A stretch of DNA of 64,000 nucleotides from an uncultured delta proteobacterium (GTDB lineage Bacteria; Myxococcota_A; Polyangia; Polyangiales; Polyangiaceae): assembly GCA_963696385.1 (NCBI GenBank), contig CAVOKF010000004.1:416001-480000 (forward strand), read 5' to 3'. A program made the translations under genes and the position numbers. Shown piece after piece: positions 37,453 to 47,094 of the stretch. Position 1 is the stretch's first letter, and every line of letters begins with the position of its first letter. Below the pieces are notes generated by a model. That model saw nothing but the letters and a program-made list of their open reading frames with translations, was not told the DNA's origin and did not search any database.

Positions 37453-38559
37453 ATGCCGTCGTGCCCGACCTGTGCGACCCCACTCGAGCAGAGTTTCGAC
37501 GTTTTTTTCTGCCACGCATGCCGAGCCTCCCTGCAGCCGCTCGAGACGCTGGCATCCACACTTGCGATGCCAGGGATCGAAGTCACGCCGGATCGCTTCG
37601 CCGAACCCATCGGCAAATGCCCGGCCTGTGTGCACGGGCAGCTGCGCCATGCCCGTATGCTGGGCGAGACGGTTGCCTGCTGCGACGCATGCGCGGAGAT
37701 CTGGCTGACGCGAGCGCAGCTCGCACGCATGCGAGTGCGTGGCGAGCGCGACCGGGCAACGAACGCGTCCCCCGATCTCGTCTCGTACGCCGAGCGCTTT
37801 CGAAAGGCAAACCGGATTCCCTTCGATGAGGTGGCGACCAACCGGTACGCCTACCCCGCGTCGCTCGCCGCGGGAGTCCTCGCGCATATCCTGGGACTGA
37901 GCTTCCTCGTTTGGGGGACCGTCGAGATGTGGTTTCACGAATTGGGACACGCCTTCGTGGCGTGGCTGTCGGGGTTCGTGGCCGTGCCGCTTCCGTTTTT
38001 CACGATGATGCCTCGCGAGGCGCGAAGTGGATGGGTCGTCGCCATCGTTCTGGGTTCGATCGGCGCAATCGCGTACGAATCCGCCATGCGGCGGCTCTGG
38101 GGGCTCGTCCTGTTCGCGGGCGTACTGGCCTCGACGCAGCTCGAACTCACCGTGGTGCTCGACCCCGCACAGGCCCGGCAGTGGGGCATATTCGCCGGTC
38201 AGGCGGGCGCGATCGTCTTGCCGACGTTGGTCATGGTCGCGTTCTACCAACCCATCGGATGGCGTTGGGACTTCTGGCGATACCCGGTGCTCGTGATCGC
38301 GGCGGTCGGCTTCGTGCATGCGCTATTCATATGGATCGGCGTTGCGCGCGGCACGGGGCCCATGCCGCACGGCTCCGCGGTGGGCGACGACTCGGAGGGA
38401 GACATGGAGCGGCTCGTCCGCGAATTCCATTGGACCCAGACGTCGCTCGCGAAGTGCTACGTCGGGCTTTCGGTCACGTGTCTGGTCGTGCTCGGCGCCA
38501 CGTACGTGGTCTTCCTGCGGCGGGCCGCCGCGAAGCTGTCGGCTGGTGGGGGTGACTGA
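37453..38559 (+). CDS. Double zinc-ribbon + membrane HExxH (M50-like) protein
   Basis: CPTC, CHAC, CPAC and CDAC at the N-terminus; WFHELGHA within the TM region; distal SEGDM. Confidence 0.75.
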   Translation: MPSCPTCATPLEQSFDVFFCHACRASLQPLETLASTLAMPGIEVTPDRFAEPIGKCPACVHGQLRHARMLGETVACCDACAEIWLTRAQLARMRVRGERDRATNASPDLVSYAERFRKANRIPFDEVATNRYAYPASLAAGVLAHILGLSFLVWGTVEMWFHELGHAFVAWLSGFVAVPLPFFTMMPREARSGWVVAIVLGSIGAIAYESAMRRLWGLVLFAGVLASTQLELTVVLDPAQARQWGIFAGQAGAIVLPTLVMVAFYQPIGWRWDFWRYPVLVIAAVGFVHALFIWIGVARGTGPMPHGSAVGDDSEGDMERLVREFHWTQTSLAKCYVGLSVTCLVVLGATYVVFLRRAAAKLSAGGGD

Positions 38560-38575
38560 AATCGGATGGCCGCGG

Positions 38576-39940
38576 TCACGGCGCCCGCGCGCAGCGAAAC
38601 CCGTAGTCGATGTCCCGGGTGGGCGGATTGGTGAAATTCCGACTCGAGGCCAGCAAGCCGGCCGTCGCGACGGAGAAGTTACCGCCCCGGACCACGCGGA
38701 ACGAAGTGGGCGAAAGGTAGGCGCAGTTTGTACACGGATCCACATAGGGGGCATAGTCGTCCAGGTTCCACTCATACACCTCACCGGCCATATCGAACTG
38801 GCCCCAGTACGCGGCGCCGAGGATCGTCGTTCCCACCGGCGCGATACCGGATGCGGTGATCGGATAATTGCAATTGTAGATTGCGTACGTGATGCCTGTC
38901 CCCGGGTCCGTCGAACCCCAAGGGTACTCACGCTGCTGACTGCCTCCTGCCGCCGCGTACCCCCACTCCGCCTCGCTCGGCAGAAAGCCGCCGTCCCAGA
39001 TGCAGAATGCGTACGACTCGTACCAGTCCACGCAGTTGATCGGCAGGTTTTCCTGCGTGCCGGCGGTGCTCGTCCACGTCGCACCGCACGGATCGCAGGC
39101 GAGGTTCGCGTCCCAAGTGCTTGCGGCGGCAGGTCCCGTCGCGATTTCCGAGTCCCAGTCCGTGGCGTCCCAGCCCGTTTCGAAGGATCCGGGGCTTTCG
39201 CTGTTCGCCAATCCCGAGCCCCCGTTCAGGTGCGCGTGGAGGCCCGCGCCGTTCGCGGGGGCGGCGCCGGCGCTGCCCGTCACGTAGTTCACGTACTGAC
39301 GGAATCGCCCCACCGTGACGAGGTATTTGTCCAATCGAAAGCCGCTCACGGTCGCTGGGTCGGCTTCGTCCGCGGGACCGCCGTCCGGAGCGACGATCCC
39401 ATCCCCGTTGGAGTCGAGCGGATCGTACGTGCGGTAGAATGCGCCGGGCGAAACCTCGAGACTGGCGCAGCAGCTCTCGCTTCCGCTACCGCCGGGGCCG
39501 CAATCGGTCCTTCCGGGCCCGCCGGGCAGACAGCTCGGGGGCGTCACGGCCCCACCGTCCGCCGAAGGGGCCGAGCAGGATCCGTTCATACACAACGGCA
39601 CGTCCGATCCGCACGCGGCGGGGGTGCTCCATTGGCCGCTCGAGCCGCACGTCTGCACCTCGTTGCCCGAACACTGCGACGCGCCGCTTTCGCAGACCCC
39701 GCCGAGGCCCGCCCCAGGGGCGTCGTTGTCCGCTCCGTCATCCTCGCTCGAGGTGTTCGCTCCCGCATCCGCGGTCGAGCCGGACGCGCTCGATCGGCTC
39801 GAATCCGGCGAGCCGGCATCCGACGTCCGGATACCCGGGCGGGTCGAGTCGAAGGACGCGCTGCCGCATGCGGCCAGGACGAACACGACCGTGAACGCGA
39901 CCGCAATGACTGACGCGGCTTGGCATCCGGCGCCGCTCAT
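38576..39940 (-). CDS. Formylglycine-generating-enzyme (SUMF1/EgtB)-family lipoprotein
   Basis: Lipobox LAAC; FRLDKYLVTVGRF, LPINCVDW, LPSEAEWGYAA, DMAGEVYEW, RVVRGG and GFRCAR. Confidence 0.9.
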   Translation of the reverse strand: MSGAGCQAASVIAVAFTVVFVLAACGSASFDSTRPGIRTSDAGSPDSSRSSASGSTADAGANTSSEDDGADNDAPGAGLGGVCESGASQCSGNEVQTCGSSGQWSTPAACGSDVPLCMNGSCSAPSADGGAVTPPSCLPGGPGRTDCGPGGSGSESCCASLEVSPGAFYRTYDPLDSNGDGIVAPDGGPADEADPATVSGFRLDKYLVTVGRFRQYVNYVTGSAGAAPANGAGLHAHLNGGSGLANSESPGSFETGWDATDWDSEIATGPAAASTWDANLACDPCGATWTSTAGTQENLPINCVDWYESYAFCIWDGGFLPSEAEWGYAAAGGSQQREYPWGSTDPGTGITYAIYNCNYPITASGIAPVGTTILGAAYWGQFDMAGEVYEWNLDDYAPYVDPCTNCAYLSPTSFRVVRGGNFSVATAGLLASSRNFTNPPTRDIDYGFRCARAP

Positions 39941-40070
39941 TCCTATCGGGCACTATCCCGTGAGCCAAGGCCGATCGCAAGGACGGGCACCCGCGAGCGA
40001 GGCCCGTAGCCCGCCAATCGTGGGTACGAGCGCTTGCCCGCGGTCTTTTGGAGGTACGATCGACGCCGAA

Positions 40071-40346
40071 ATGCGCTCTCCAAAGAGAACTTTGCGCGCT
40101 CCGATTTTGCCGATGGATCTCGATCCGTGCACGCTGCCCCGAATCGATGCCGCCGAGCTCGAGCGGTGTCGTCTCGACGCTTGCGCCGTTTCGGATCAGG
40201 TCGGTGAGCACGTCCGCTTCGACGGCGTCAAGGTACACGGTGGTACCCTGAGCGGCACGAGGCTCCCCCGCTGTTCGCGTTCGCGGCCCGTCACTGAAGG
40301 TGGGCGGCGCGGCGCTAAAGCGACCGCGGGTCGCGGCCGCTCGTGA
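40071..40346 (+). pseudogene. Possible truncated pentapeptide-repeat-like gene fragment
   Basis: MRSPKRTLRAPILPMDLDP...LERCRLDAC...VRFDGVKVHGGTLSGTRL, then the sequence degenerates into the convergent GNAT gene end. Confidence 0.3.
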
Positions 40347-40827
40347 ACCGCTGGACCGGGCCTTGCCAGATGGCGTCATCGAGTAGTTCGTCGGAAAACG
40401 AGCCATTCGTGTACGTCGACACGGCTCGCCTCCAGAACAACGTTGCGAATGTGTTCTCACGGCGCTGTCGGATTTCCCACCGACCTGGATGCATGGCAAA
40501 TAGGTGGTGGGCGGCTCGCATGCCGACGTGCGCACGGCGATGCCTTCGAAGCACGAAGAACTCGGCCATGTCCCAAACGTCCTCGTCGTTCGAGATCCGG
40601 CTCCCGCGGTGGACCAGCGCGAAGCCAGCGAGATGACCGTCGGCTCGCAGCAGGAATGGGAACCGCCCGGCGTCGCGCCAGTAAGCGTCCAGCGGAGGGT
40701 CGGGGAAGCGGCCGTTGTCGCCCACTTCCGTGCGCAGGATCTCGCTGAAATCGTATGCGTAAAGCTGGAGCAGGTCCTGAAGCACTGGCTGGTCGGAACG
40801 CGCCGCCCGAACGACATGGGTCTGCAT
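40315..40827 (-). CDS. GNAT family N-acetyltransferase
   Basis: LLQLYAYDFSE, LAGFALV, MAEFFVLRRHRRAHVG and ATLFWR. Confidence 0.88.
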   Translation of the reverse strand: MQTHVVRAARSDQPVLQDLLQLYAYDFSEILRTEVGDNGRFPDPPLDAYWRDAGRFPFLLRADGHLAGFALVHRGSRISNDEDVWDMAEFFVLRRHRRAHVGMRAAHHLFAMHPGRWEIRQRRENTFATLFWRRAVSTYTNGSFSDELLDDAIWQGPVQRFTSGRDPRSL

Positions 40828-41001
40828 GATGGCCAGCTTGTAGCGCAAGATGAACCTGAGGCCCGACGTGCAGGCGATGACGCGGGGCAGGCTTCGAGCG
40901 AAGCCTCGTCTTGCGCGCGTGAGCTCGCGTGATATGGGGCTGGGTTCGCCCCGGACCTTGGCCGATGCGGTGGCACTCTTTTGCGGCAAGATTTGGTCGC
41001 T

Positions 41002-41421
41002 ATGGTCCAAGAACATTTGGCCGGATCCGTTGCGCAGGTGCTGGGGGCCAATGCGAGCTTTTATCGCGCGTTCACCAAGGGTGATTTCGAGGCCATGCGC
41101 GGGCTTTGGGCCGAGAGGAATCCGGTCACCTGCCAGCATCCCCTGTCGCCGACACTCATCGGGCTGGAGGCCGTGCTTGAGAGCTGGAGGCAGATCTTGC
41201 GCGAGCCGCCACCTTTGGCCATGCGCTGCGATGACCCCGTGGTCGATCTCTTGGGCGATGTCGCGCTCGTCTCCTGCTACGAGGGAAACGGCGACCACCC
41301 CGCGCATCTCGTCGCGACGAACGGCTTCGTACGCGAGGTCGACGGCTGGCGGATGATCGATCACCAGGCAGGCCCCCTCGGCCGGGCACGTTCGCGGCCT
41401 CCGGCGCCCACGCTGAACTAA
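41002..41421 (+). CDS. SnoaL-like/NTF2 family protein
   Basis: ANASFYRAFTKGDFEAMRGLW...CQHP...LVATNGFVREVDGWRMIDHQA. Confidence 0.88.
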   Translation: MVQEHLAGSVAQVLGANASFYRAFTKGDFEAMRGLWAERNPVTCQHPLSPTLIGLEAVLESWRQILREPPPLAMRCDDPVVDLLGDVALVSCYEGNGDHPAHLVATNGFVREVDGWRMIDHQAGPLGRARSRPPAPTLN

Positions 41422-41457
41422 GCGAAGCGTGGATTTCACGGACGGTCGGCCGGACGT

Positions 41458-43011
41458 TTGATACGAAGGCCTTCCCCCTTGGCAACCGCCTACCCTCGAA
41501 CCATCAGCACTTGGACCGGGGCCCGAACGACCGCCGCATGGTCGGTTTTCGTCGCGCTGTATGCCATGTTTTTGTGGGGGGTTGTCCGTCCGCCGACGAT
41601 TCGGGAGTGGAGGCCGGCCGACACGCAAACGATCGCCCGACATCTTGCGGAGCCTGGGGCCAGCATTCTTTACCCTCGTGTCGACTGGGGGGGCGACGGC
41701 CCGGGCTACGTGGAAACCGAATTTCAGCTCTATCCATGGTTGGTCTCGCGGCTTCTGCGAACCTTTGGCGACGTGGAGTGGCCCGGGGAGCTGCTGTCGT
41801 TGCTCGCCACCGCCGCGGCTGCCGGCGTCGTATTTCGCGGTCTCGCCCGCGCTCACGGTCCGTTCGCCGCGGGCTTTGGAACCATCGCGCTGCTCGCGTC
41901 ACCGGCCGTGATTTATACCGCGATCCGCGTCCAACCCGAGGCGCTCTGTCTGCTCCTTTACACGAGCGCCTGGTTCGCCTTTCTCCGCTACGAGTCGTCC
42001 TCTTCGTCCTGGTGGCTGGTGATTTACGCGGCTTTGGGAGCGACGGCGATGCTCGTCAAGCCGACTGCGGCCCAGCTCGGAATCTCGTGCTTTCTTCTGC
42101 TCCTCTTCCGGTCGCCCCACCGGCTGAGAACGTGGGGCCCGTGGCTCGCATGGGCATTCATCCTCTCGGTGCTCGGGCTGTATTTGATCCATGCACGGAG
42201 CATTTACCTGGAGTACGGAAACACCTTCGGAGTTCTTTCCGGCGGCGACTCCAAGTTGCCGAGGCTCGAGCATCTGCTCACTCCGCGGCTCTATCTGAAG
42301 GCGGCCGTCCAAGCCGTGCGTTGGGGTACCGGCGTAGCCGGGGCCGCTGCCATGGCGATCCTGCTCGTCATCCGCAAGAGGATCGAGTGCATCGCGGCAC
42401 TGTTCATCGGCAACGCCGTCTGGACGTTGCTCGCATTGCGATACACGTCGCAGGCGGCCGGCAACCACTATCATATACTCGGCGCCGTACTGGCCGCCCA
42501 CGCGGTCGCACTCGTGGCCGAGGCTGCCCTGCGATCGCCAAAGCGCATCGGCGCCGTCTCCGCTCTGTCGGCTGCGTTGGCCGTGGCACTCGGCGTGGCG
42601 CTGAAGCAGCGCAGCCAAGATCGCAAATCCGAATGGGACGCGCCGGTCGTTGCGGCCGGCGTCGCGCTCGCGGGTCTCACGCGCCCCGGCGATCTCGTCG
42701 TCGTTCGATCGCTCGAGCCACGATACGACTCCTACTGGCGCACGCCCAACAACTACCAAGATCCACGCGTCTTTTACCTCACGCGGACTCACGGCTGGGC
42801 GGTTGCCGCGGACGACGCCGATCCGAGCCCCATCGCGAACGCGAGCCGACGCGGCGCGCGCTATTACGTCGAGCCCATGCCTCGCCCGAAAGGCGGCCCG
42901 TTGGATGCCTGGCTGGCCGACCATTGCGCCCTGGTCACGACCACCGCCTTCGGCGGCCGGGTGTTTGAGCTGGATGGCGCGCGTGACGGAGGTCGTCGGG
43001 GCGTGCCCTGA
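41458..43011 (+). CDS. ArnT/PMT-like (GT39-type) membrane glycosyltransferase
   Basis: WRPADTQTIARH...YPRVDWGG...YVETEFQLYP periplasmic loop, many TMs, LVKP. Start uncertain. Confidence 0.8.
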   Translation: MIRRPSPLATAYPRTISTWTGARTTAAWSVFVALYAMFLWGVVRPPTIREWRPADTQTIARHLAEPGASILYPRVDWGGDGPGYVETEFQLYPWLVSRLLRTFGDVEWPGELLSLLATAAAAGVVFRGLARAHGPFAAGFGTIALLASPAVIYTAIRVQPEALCLLLYTSAWFAFLRYESSSSSWWLVIYAALGATAMLVKPTAAQLGISCFLLLLFRSPHRLRTWGPWLAWAFILSVLGLYLIHARSIYLEYGNTFGVLSGGDSKLPRLEHLLTPRLYLKAAVQAVRWGTGVAGAAAMAILLVIRKRIECIAALFIGNAVWTLLALRYTSQAAGNHYHILGAVLAAHAVALVAEAALRSPKRIGAVSALSAALAVALGVALKQRSQDRKSEWDAPVVAAGVALAGLTRPGDLVVVRSLEPRYDSYWRTPNNYQDPRVFYLTRTHGWAVAADDADPSPIANASRRGARYYVEPMPRPKGGPLDAWLADHCALVTTTAFGGRVFELDGARDGGRRGVP

Positions 43012-43094
43012 ACCTCCGACGACGGTCTCGCACGGCCGCAGAGCCGCAAAATCGGTTTGGATGACCCGTGCCAATCTCCTGCGTCGCTGGATCC

Positions 43095-45536
43095 TCAAGG
43101 CGGAAGAGACGAGCCGCAGTTTTCCGAGTCGTACAGAAGGTACTTCTCGCGCTTGGTGGCGAACGCCGCGAGCTCGGTGCCGTACGTGGCCACGATGGCG
43201 TCGAGCGGCAAACCCGCGTCGATGGCGCGCATCGCGCCGGGGTGCACGAGAAGCCGATCGAGCTTGGCGAACTCCCACGCGCGCGGGTACAGGCGCCGAA
43301 GCGCGCGGGCGACGGCGATGCCTGTGCGTACCGGCTCGAACTGCGTGCGGTCCGTTACGGTCAAATGCAGGCCGTGACACGGCTTGCGCGCATACGGATC
43401 GCGATCCGGAGTGAATGTCTCGCTGGTAAAGGTCACGCCCGCGAGCAAGTCACCCGCAAGGGCCGCGACGAGGGCGTCGCCGGCGATCCAGGGCGCGCCC
43501 AGGCGCTCGAAGGGTCCGTCCGTGCCCCGTCCGACGGAGAGATTCGTGGCCTCGAGAATTCCGACTGCGGGATAGAGCAAGGCCTCGTCGACACTGCGCA
43601 GGTTGGGCGAGGGATTGACCCAGGCGAGTCCTGTTTCGTCGCCATAGAGTGCGCGCCGCCACCCGCGCATGGGGACGATCGAGAGCGCGACGCCCATGTG
43701 ATCGTCGGCATTGAAGAGCGTAGCCAGCTCGCCCACGGTCATGCCGTGGCGAATGGGCAAAGGATGGTCGTTCACGAACGAGCGCGCGAGCGGCATCAGG
43801 ACGGGGCCGGCGACGTCGACGCCATCGATGGGATTGGGCCGATCGAGAACCACGAAGCGTAGATCGTGCTCGCGCGCCGCCTGCATCGCGCGCCGCATCG
43901 TCGAGGCGTAGGTGAAAAAGCGTGTTCCGACGTCCTGGATGTCGAAGACCAGCGTGTCGACGTCCGCCAGGCTCTCGGCGGTGGGGGCGAAGGCGTCTCC
44001 GTAAAGGCTGAAAACAAGCAGGCCGGTGCGTTCATCTCGCCCGCTGGCGACGTTGCCTTGGCGATCGGCATCCAGTCCGTGCTCCGGCGTGAAGATCGCG
44101 GTGAGTCGTACGCCCGGGGCATTGCGGAGCAAGTCGATCGTCGACTGGCCGTCGCGCGCGCGGCCGCTCGCGTTGGTGATCAGGCCGACGCGCTGCCCGC
44201 GCAGGCGTTCGAAGCCTTCGTCGCGCAGCACGTCGATGCCCGCGAGCACGCCGCCGGATGGCGCGCAGGCGGGGGCCCGACCGACCGCCGGCCCGATGGC
44301 TTGGGCGGCCAGCGTGTTCACGGCGGCGACCAGCGGTTTCGCGTCGCCCTTTCCGTCCGGATGCACGCGGTTGGTGAGCACCACCGTGAAAAGGTCCTTG
44401 TCCGGGTCGATCCAAAGCGCGGTGCCGGTGAAACCGAAGTGGCCGATGGCCCTTGGCGACAGTCCGCGGCCGCGCCAGGCGCTGTCGACGGTCCACCCGA
44501 GCGCGCGGACGCCATGGGGCACGTCGTAGGGGGCGATCATGTCGGCCACGCTGCGCGGCGACAGGATCCGCTTGCCGTCCACCGTTCCGCCGCCGAGGAT
44601 CGCGCGCGCATACAGGGCAAGATCGTCGGCCGTCGAGAAGAGCCCCGCGTGCCCCGCGACGCCTCCGAGCAAAAACGCGCGCGGGTCGTGCACCACCCCC
44701 ACGCGCCACGCGCCGTCCACGAGCTCCGTCCATGCGGCCCGCTTGATTTGGGCCTCTGCGGGGACGAATCGGGTGTCGCCCATTCCGAGCGGCGCGAAGA
44801 TCGCCTCGGCGGCGAAGGACGGCAACTCGCGCGACGTCACCCGCCGCACCACCTCCTCGAGGAGAATGAACCCGAGGTCGCTGTAGATGGACACGGTTCC
44901 CGGCGCCGACCGAACGGGCGCCTTGCACACGCGCCGGATGGCCTCGTCCCGGCCATGTGCGAAATCGTCCTTGGGCGTGTCGGAGGGCAGACCGGAAGTG
45001 TGGAGCAGGAGCTGGCGCAACGTGATGGCCTCTTTGCCGCTCTTGCCGCACTCCGGAACGTACTGCACAAGCCGGTCGTCGAGCCTGATCGCCCCGCGCT
45101 CGGCGAGAATCATGATGCAGGTCGCCGTGGCGATGGGTTTGGTGAGCGAAGCCAGGTCGAACAAGGTGTCGACGGTCATCGCCGCACGTTCCGGCAAAAG
45201 CTCGCGGTATCCGTAGGCACGGCGGAACAAGACGCCGTCGTGGCGGCCCACCAGGATGACGGCGCCGGGCACGTCGTGTGCGGCCGTGGCCTGCGCCACC
45301 CGAGCGTCGATCGCCGCCTCCGGGAGGCCGCTTTCGGTCTCCGGCGTGACGCCGGCCTCGACGAAATCGGTCGCCGTGAACGCGGGGGCGGCAACGAGCG
45401 GCGTCGCGAAAGCGATGGGCGCGGGCGTACGGGCGAGATCCTGGGTCCGTCCGCCGCAAAAGCCCAAGGACATTGCGAGCGGCACCAGTCGCCGGGCGGC
45501 GTGGCACACGTGCCGAGCGAACGGGACGGGGGCCAT
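43095..45536 (-). CDS. Beta-lactamase-like serine hydrolase fused to NamZ (DUF1343) exo-beta-N-acetylmuramidase domain
   Basis: FDLASLTK, LLLHTSG, YSDLG, GHFGFTG; then GLITNASG, FTPEHG, SLYG, FDIQDVGTRFFTY, LDRPNP and PSPNL. Confidence 0.92.
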   Translation of the reverse strand: MAPVPFARHVCHAARRLVPLAMSLGFCGGRTQDLARTPAPIAFATPLVAAPAFTATDFVEAGVTPETESGLPEAAIDARVAQATAAHDVPGAVILVGRHDGVLFRRAYGYRELLPERAAMTVDTLFDLASLTKPIATATCIMILAERGAIRLDDRLVQYVPECGKSGKEAITLRQLLLHTSGLPSDTPKDDFAHGRDEAIRRVCKAPVRSAPGTVSIYSDLGFILLEEVVRRVTSRELPSFAAEAIFAPLGMGDTRFVPAEAQIKRAAWTELVDGAWRVGVVHDPRAFLLGGVAGHAGLFSTADDLALYARAILGGGTVDGKRILSPRSVADMIAPYDVPHGVRALGWTVDSAWRGRGLSPRAIGHFGFTGTALWIDPDKDLFTVVLTNRVHPDGKGDAKPLVAAVNTLAAQAIGPAVGRAPACAPSGGVLAGIDVLRDEGFERLRGQRVGLITNASGRARDGQSTIDLLRNAPGVRLTAIFTPEHGLDADRQGNVASGRDERTGLLVFSLYGDAFAPTAESLADVDTLVFDIQDVGTRFFTYASTMRRAMQAAREHDLRFVVLDRPNPIDGVDVAGPVLMPLARSFVNDHPLPIRHGMTVGELATLFNADDHMGVALSIVPMRGWRRALYGDETGLAWVNPSPNLRSVDEALLYPAVGILEATNLSVGRGTDGPFERLGAPWIAGDALVAALAGDLLAGVTFTSETFTPDRDPYARKPCHGLHLTVTDRTQFEPVRTGIAVARALRRLYPRAWEFAKLDRLLVHPGAMRAIDAGLPLDAIVATYGTELAAFATKREKYLLYDSENCGSSLPP

Positions 45537-45614
45537 TACGGGCGAGGGTACCAGCCCGCTCGTTGGCCGACGCGAACGCTGGTACGGGACGACGCCAAAC
45601 CCCGCGCGGGTGCC

Positions 45615-46280
45615 TTATTCGCCCGGGCTGGGCCGATCCGGAAGGCCCGTGAAGACGACTCCCGCCCCCTGACTCTTGTAAATGCGGTTCATGTGGATCA
45701 AGACCGGCGTGAGGGATTCGAGGGCGATGGCGTTCACGAGCGGTCCCGCGTCGAGGCCTCGGAGCCCGAGGTCGCGCAACAGACCGATGGTCACCCCCTT
45801 CGCCTGGGCGTCGTCGGCGGCGACGAGCACGTCGCACTCGATCGCGTGCGCCGGATCCGCCAGGTGCGTCGCGCTCACATGGTGGAGCGCGGCCACGACG
45901 GGCGTCGAAGGACCCACGAGCTGTTGGGCCTCGAGCGCCGCCGCCCGACCGGCAGGGAGGTTCACGCGGCTCACCTTCGGCGGCACGAGCGGCACGGTGA
46001 CGTCGACGAGCACCTTGCCGGCCAACGCCTCGGCGATGGCACGGACCGTGTCGCCATGGGCGCCGTAAGGTACGGTGAGCACCACGACTTCGCCCTGGCG
46101 CGCGGCCCACACGTTGTCGCCGCCCTCGACCGCGAGCCCCTGGGCCTCGAGCGCTTCGGCGTGAGCGCGTGCCTTCGACGAATCGCGCGATCCGAGGGCA
46201 ATGCTGTGTCCGGCCCGGCCCCATCGCTGCGCGAGACCGCTACCCAATTTGCCCGTTCCGCCTACAATCCCGAGCCGCAT
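45615..46280 (-). CDS. npdG: NADPH-dependent F420 reductase (Fno)
   Basis: [20 protein letters not shown]...[41 protein letters not shown]420 gene context. Confidence 0.92.
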   Translation of the reverse strand: MRLGIVGGTGKLGSGLAQRWGRAGHSIALGSRDSSKARAHAEALEAQGLAVEGGDNVWAARQGEVVVLTVPYGAHGDTVRAIAEALAGKVLVDVTVPLVPPKVSRVNLPAGRAAALEAQQLVGPSTPVVAALHHVSATHLADPAHAIECDVLVAADDAQAKGVTIGLLRDLGLRGLDAGPLVNAIALESLTPVLIHMNRIYKSQGAGVVFTGLPDRPSPGE

Positions 46281-46305
46281 CGGATCTCCAGGGCAACCCC
46301 CTAGC

Positions 46306-47094
46306 ATGATCACCTGCAGCCATCGCCTCGAGGTTATAGCCTTGCCGGGACTGCCGCTCGTCGCACCCGGCGATGACGTCCCTGCGCTCGTGGCGCGCGC
46401 GCTGTCGGCGGCGGGGCTCTCGGTCTCCGACGGAGACGTGCTCGTCGTGACGTCCAAGATCGTGTCGCGCGCGGAGGGCCGCTTCGTCGAGCTGCCTCGC
46501 GTCGAGCCGTCGCCCCGTGCCATCGAGATCGCCCGGCAAGTGCGCAAGGACCCCGGGGCCGTCGAGCTCATCTTGCGCGAGTCCATCGCCGTTTCGCGGC
46601 GCGCTCCCGGCGTCCTCGTGGTGCGGCATCGGCTCGGGTTCGTCGTGGCGAACGCGGGGATCGACTTGAGCAACGCCGTGCCCCCCGATGCGCCGCCGGG
46701 CAGCGGCCCGTGGGCGCTGCTGCTTCCCGAGTCGCCGGACGCTTCGGCCGCGGCCATCCGCGCGAGGATCGAGGCCGAGTCGGGGGCGCGCGTGGGAGTC
46801 GTCATCACGGACTCGTTCGGACGGCCCTTCCGGCTCGGTACCGTGGGCGTCGCCATCGGGGTGTCGGGGTTGCCCCCGGTGTGGGACCGGCGCGGTGAGC
46901 CTGACCTCTTCGGGCGCCCCCTGGAGAGCACCGTCACGGCGCTCGCCGACCAGGTCGCGGCCGTGGCCGATTTGGTGGCCGGGCAGGCCGCGGAACGACG
47001 CCCGGTCCAGCTCGTCCGGGGCCTCGGGTTTTCTCCTTCCGATCGAGGCGCGGGGGCCATCCTGCGTCCGGTCGACGAGGACCTCTACGCATGA
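46306..47094 (+). CDS. cofE: Coenzyme F420-0:L-glutamate ligase
   Basis: [44 protein letters not shown] and DLFGR. No C-terminal nitroreductase domain. Confidence 0.95.
   Translation: MITCSHRLEVIALPGLPLVAPGDDVPALVARALSAAGLSVSDGDVLVVTSKIVSRAEGRFVELPRVEPSPRAIEIARQVRKDPGAVELILRESIAVSRRAPGVLVVRHRLGFVVANAGIDLSNAVPPDAPPGSGPWALLLPESPDASAAAIRARIEAESGARVGVVITDSFGRPFRLGTVGVAIGVSGLPPVWDRRGEPDLFGRPLESTVTALADQVAAVADLVAGQAAERRPVQLVRGLGFSPSDRGAGAILRPVDEDLYA

Noticed and set aside
38576..38720. Diversity-generating retroelement target (FGE/CLec-type C-terminus)
   Set aside because: No template repeat or reverse transcriptase seen in the window.
43866..46304. Long antisense or alternate-frame ORFs (also 1647..4178, 8268..9767, 44032..46224 and many others)
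   Set aside because: Arg/Ala/Pro-rich shadows expected at this GC content; they overlap genes with clear family motifs.
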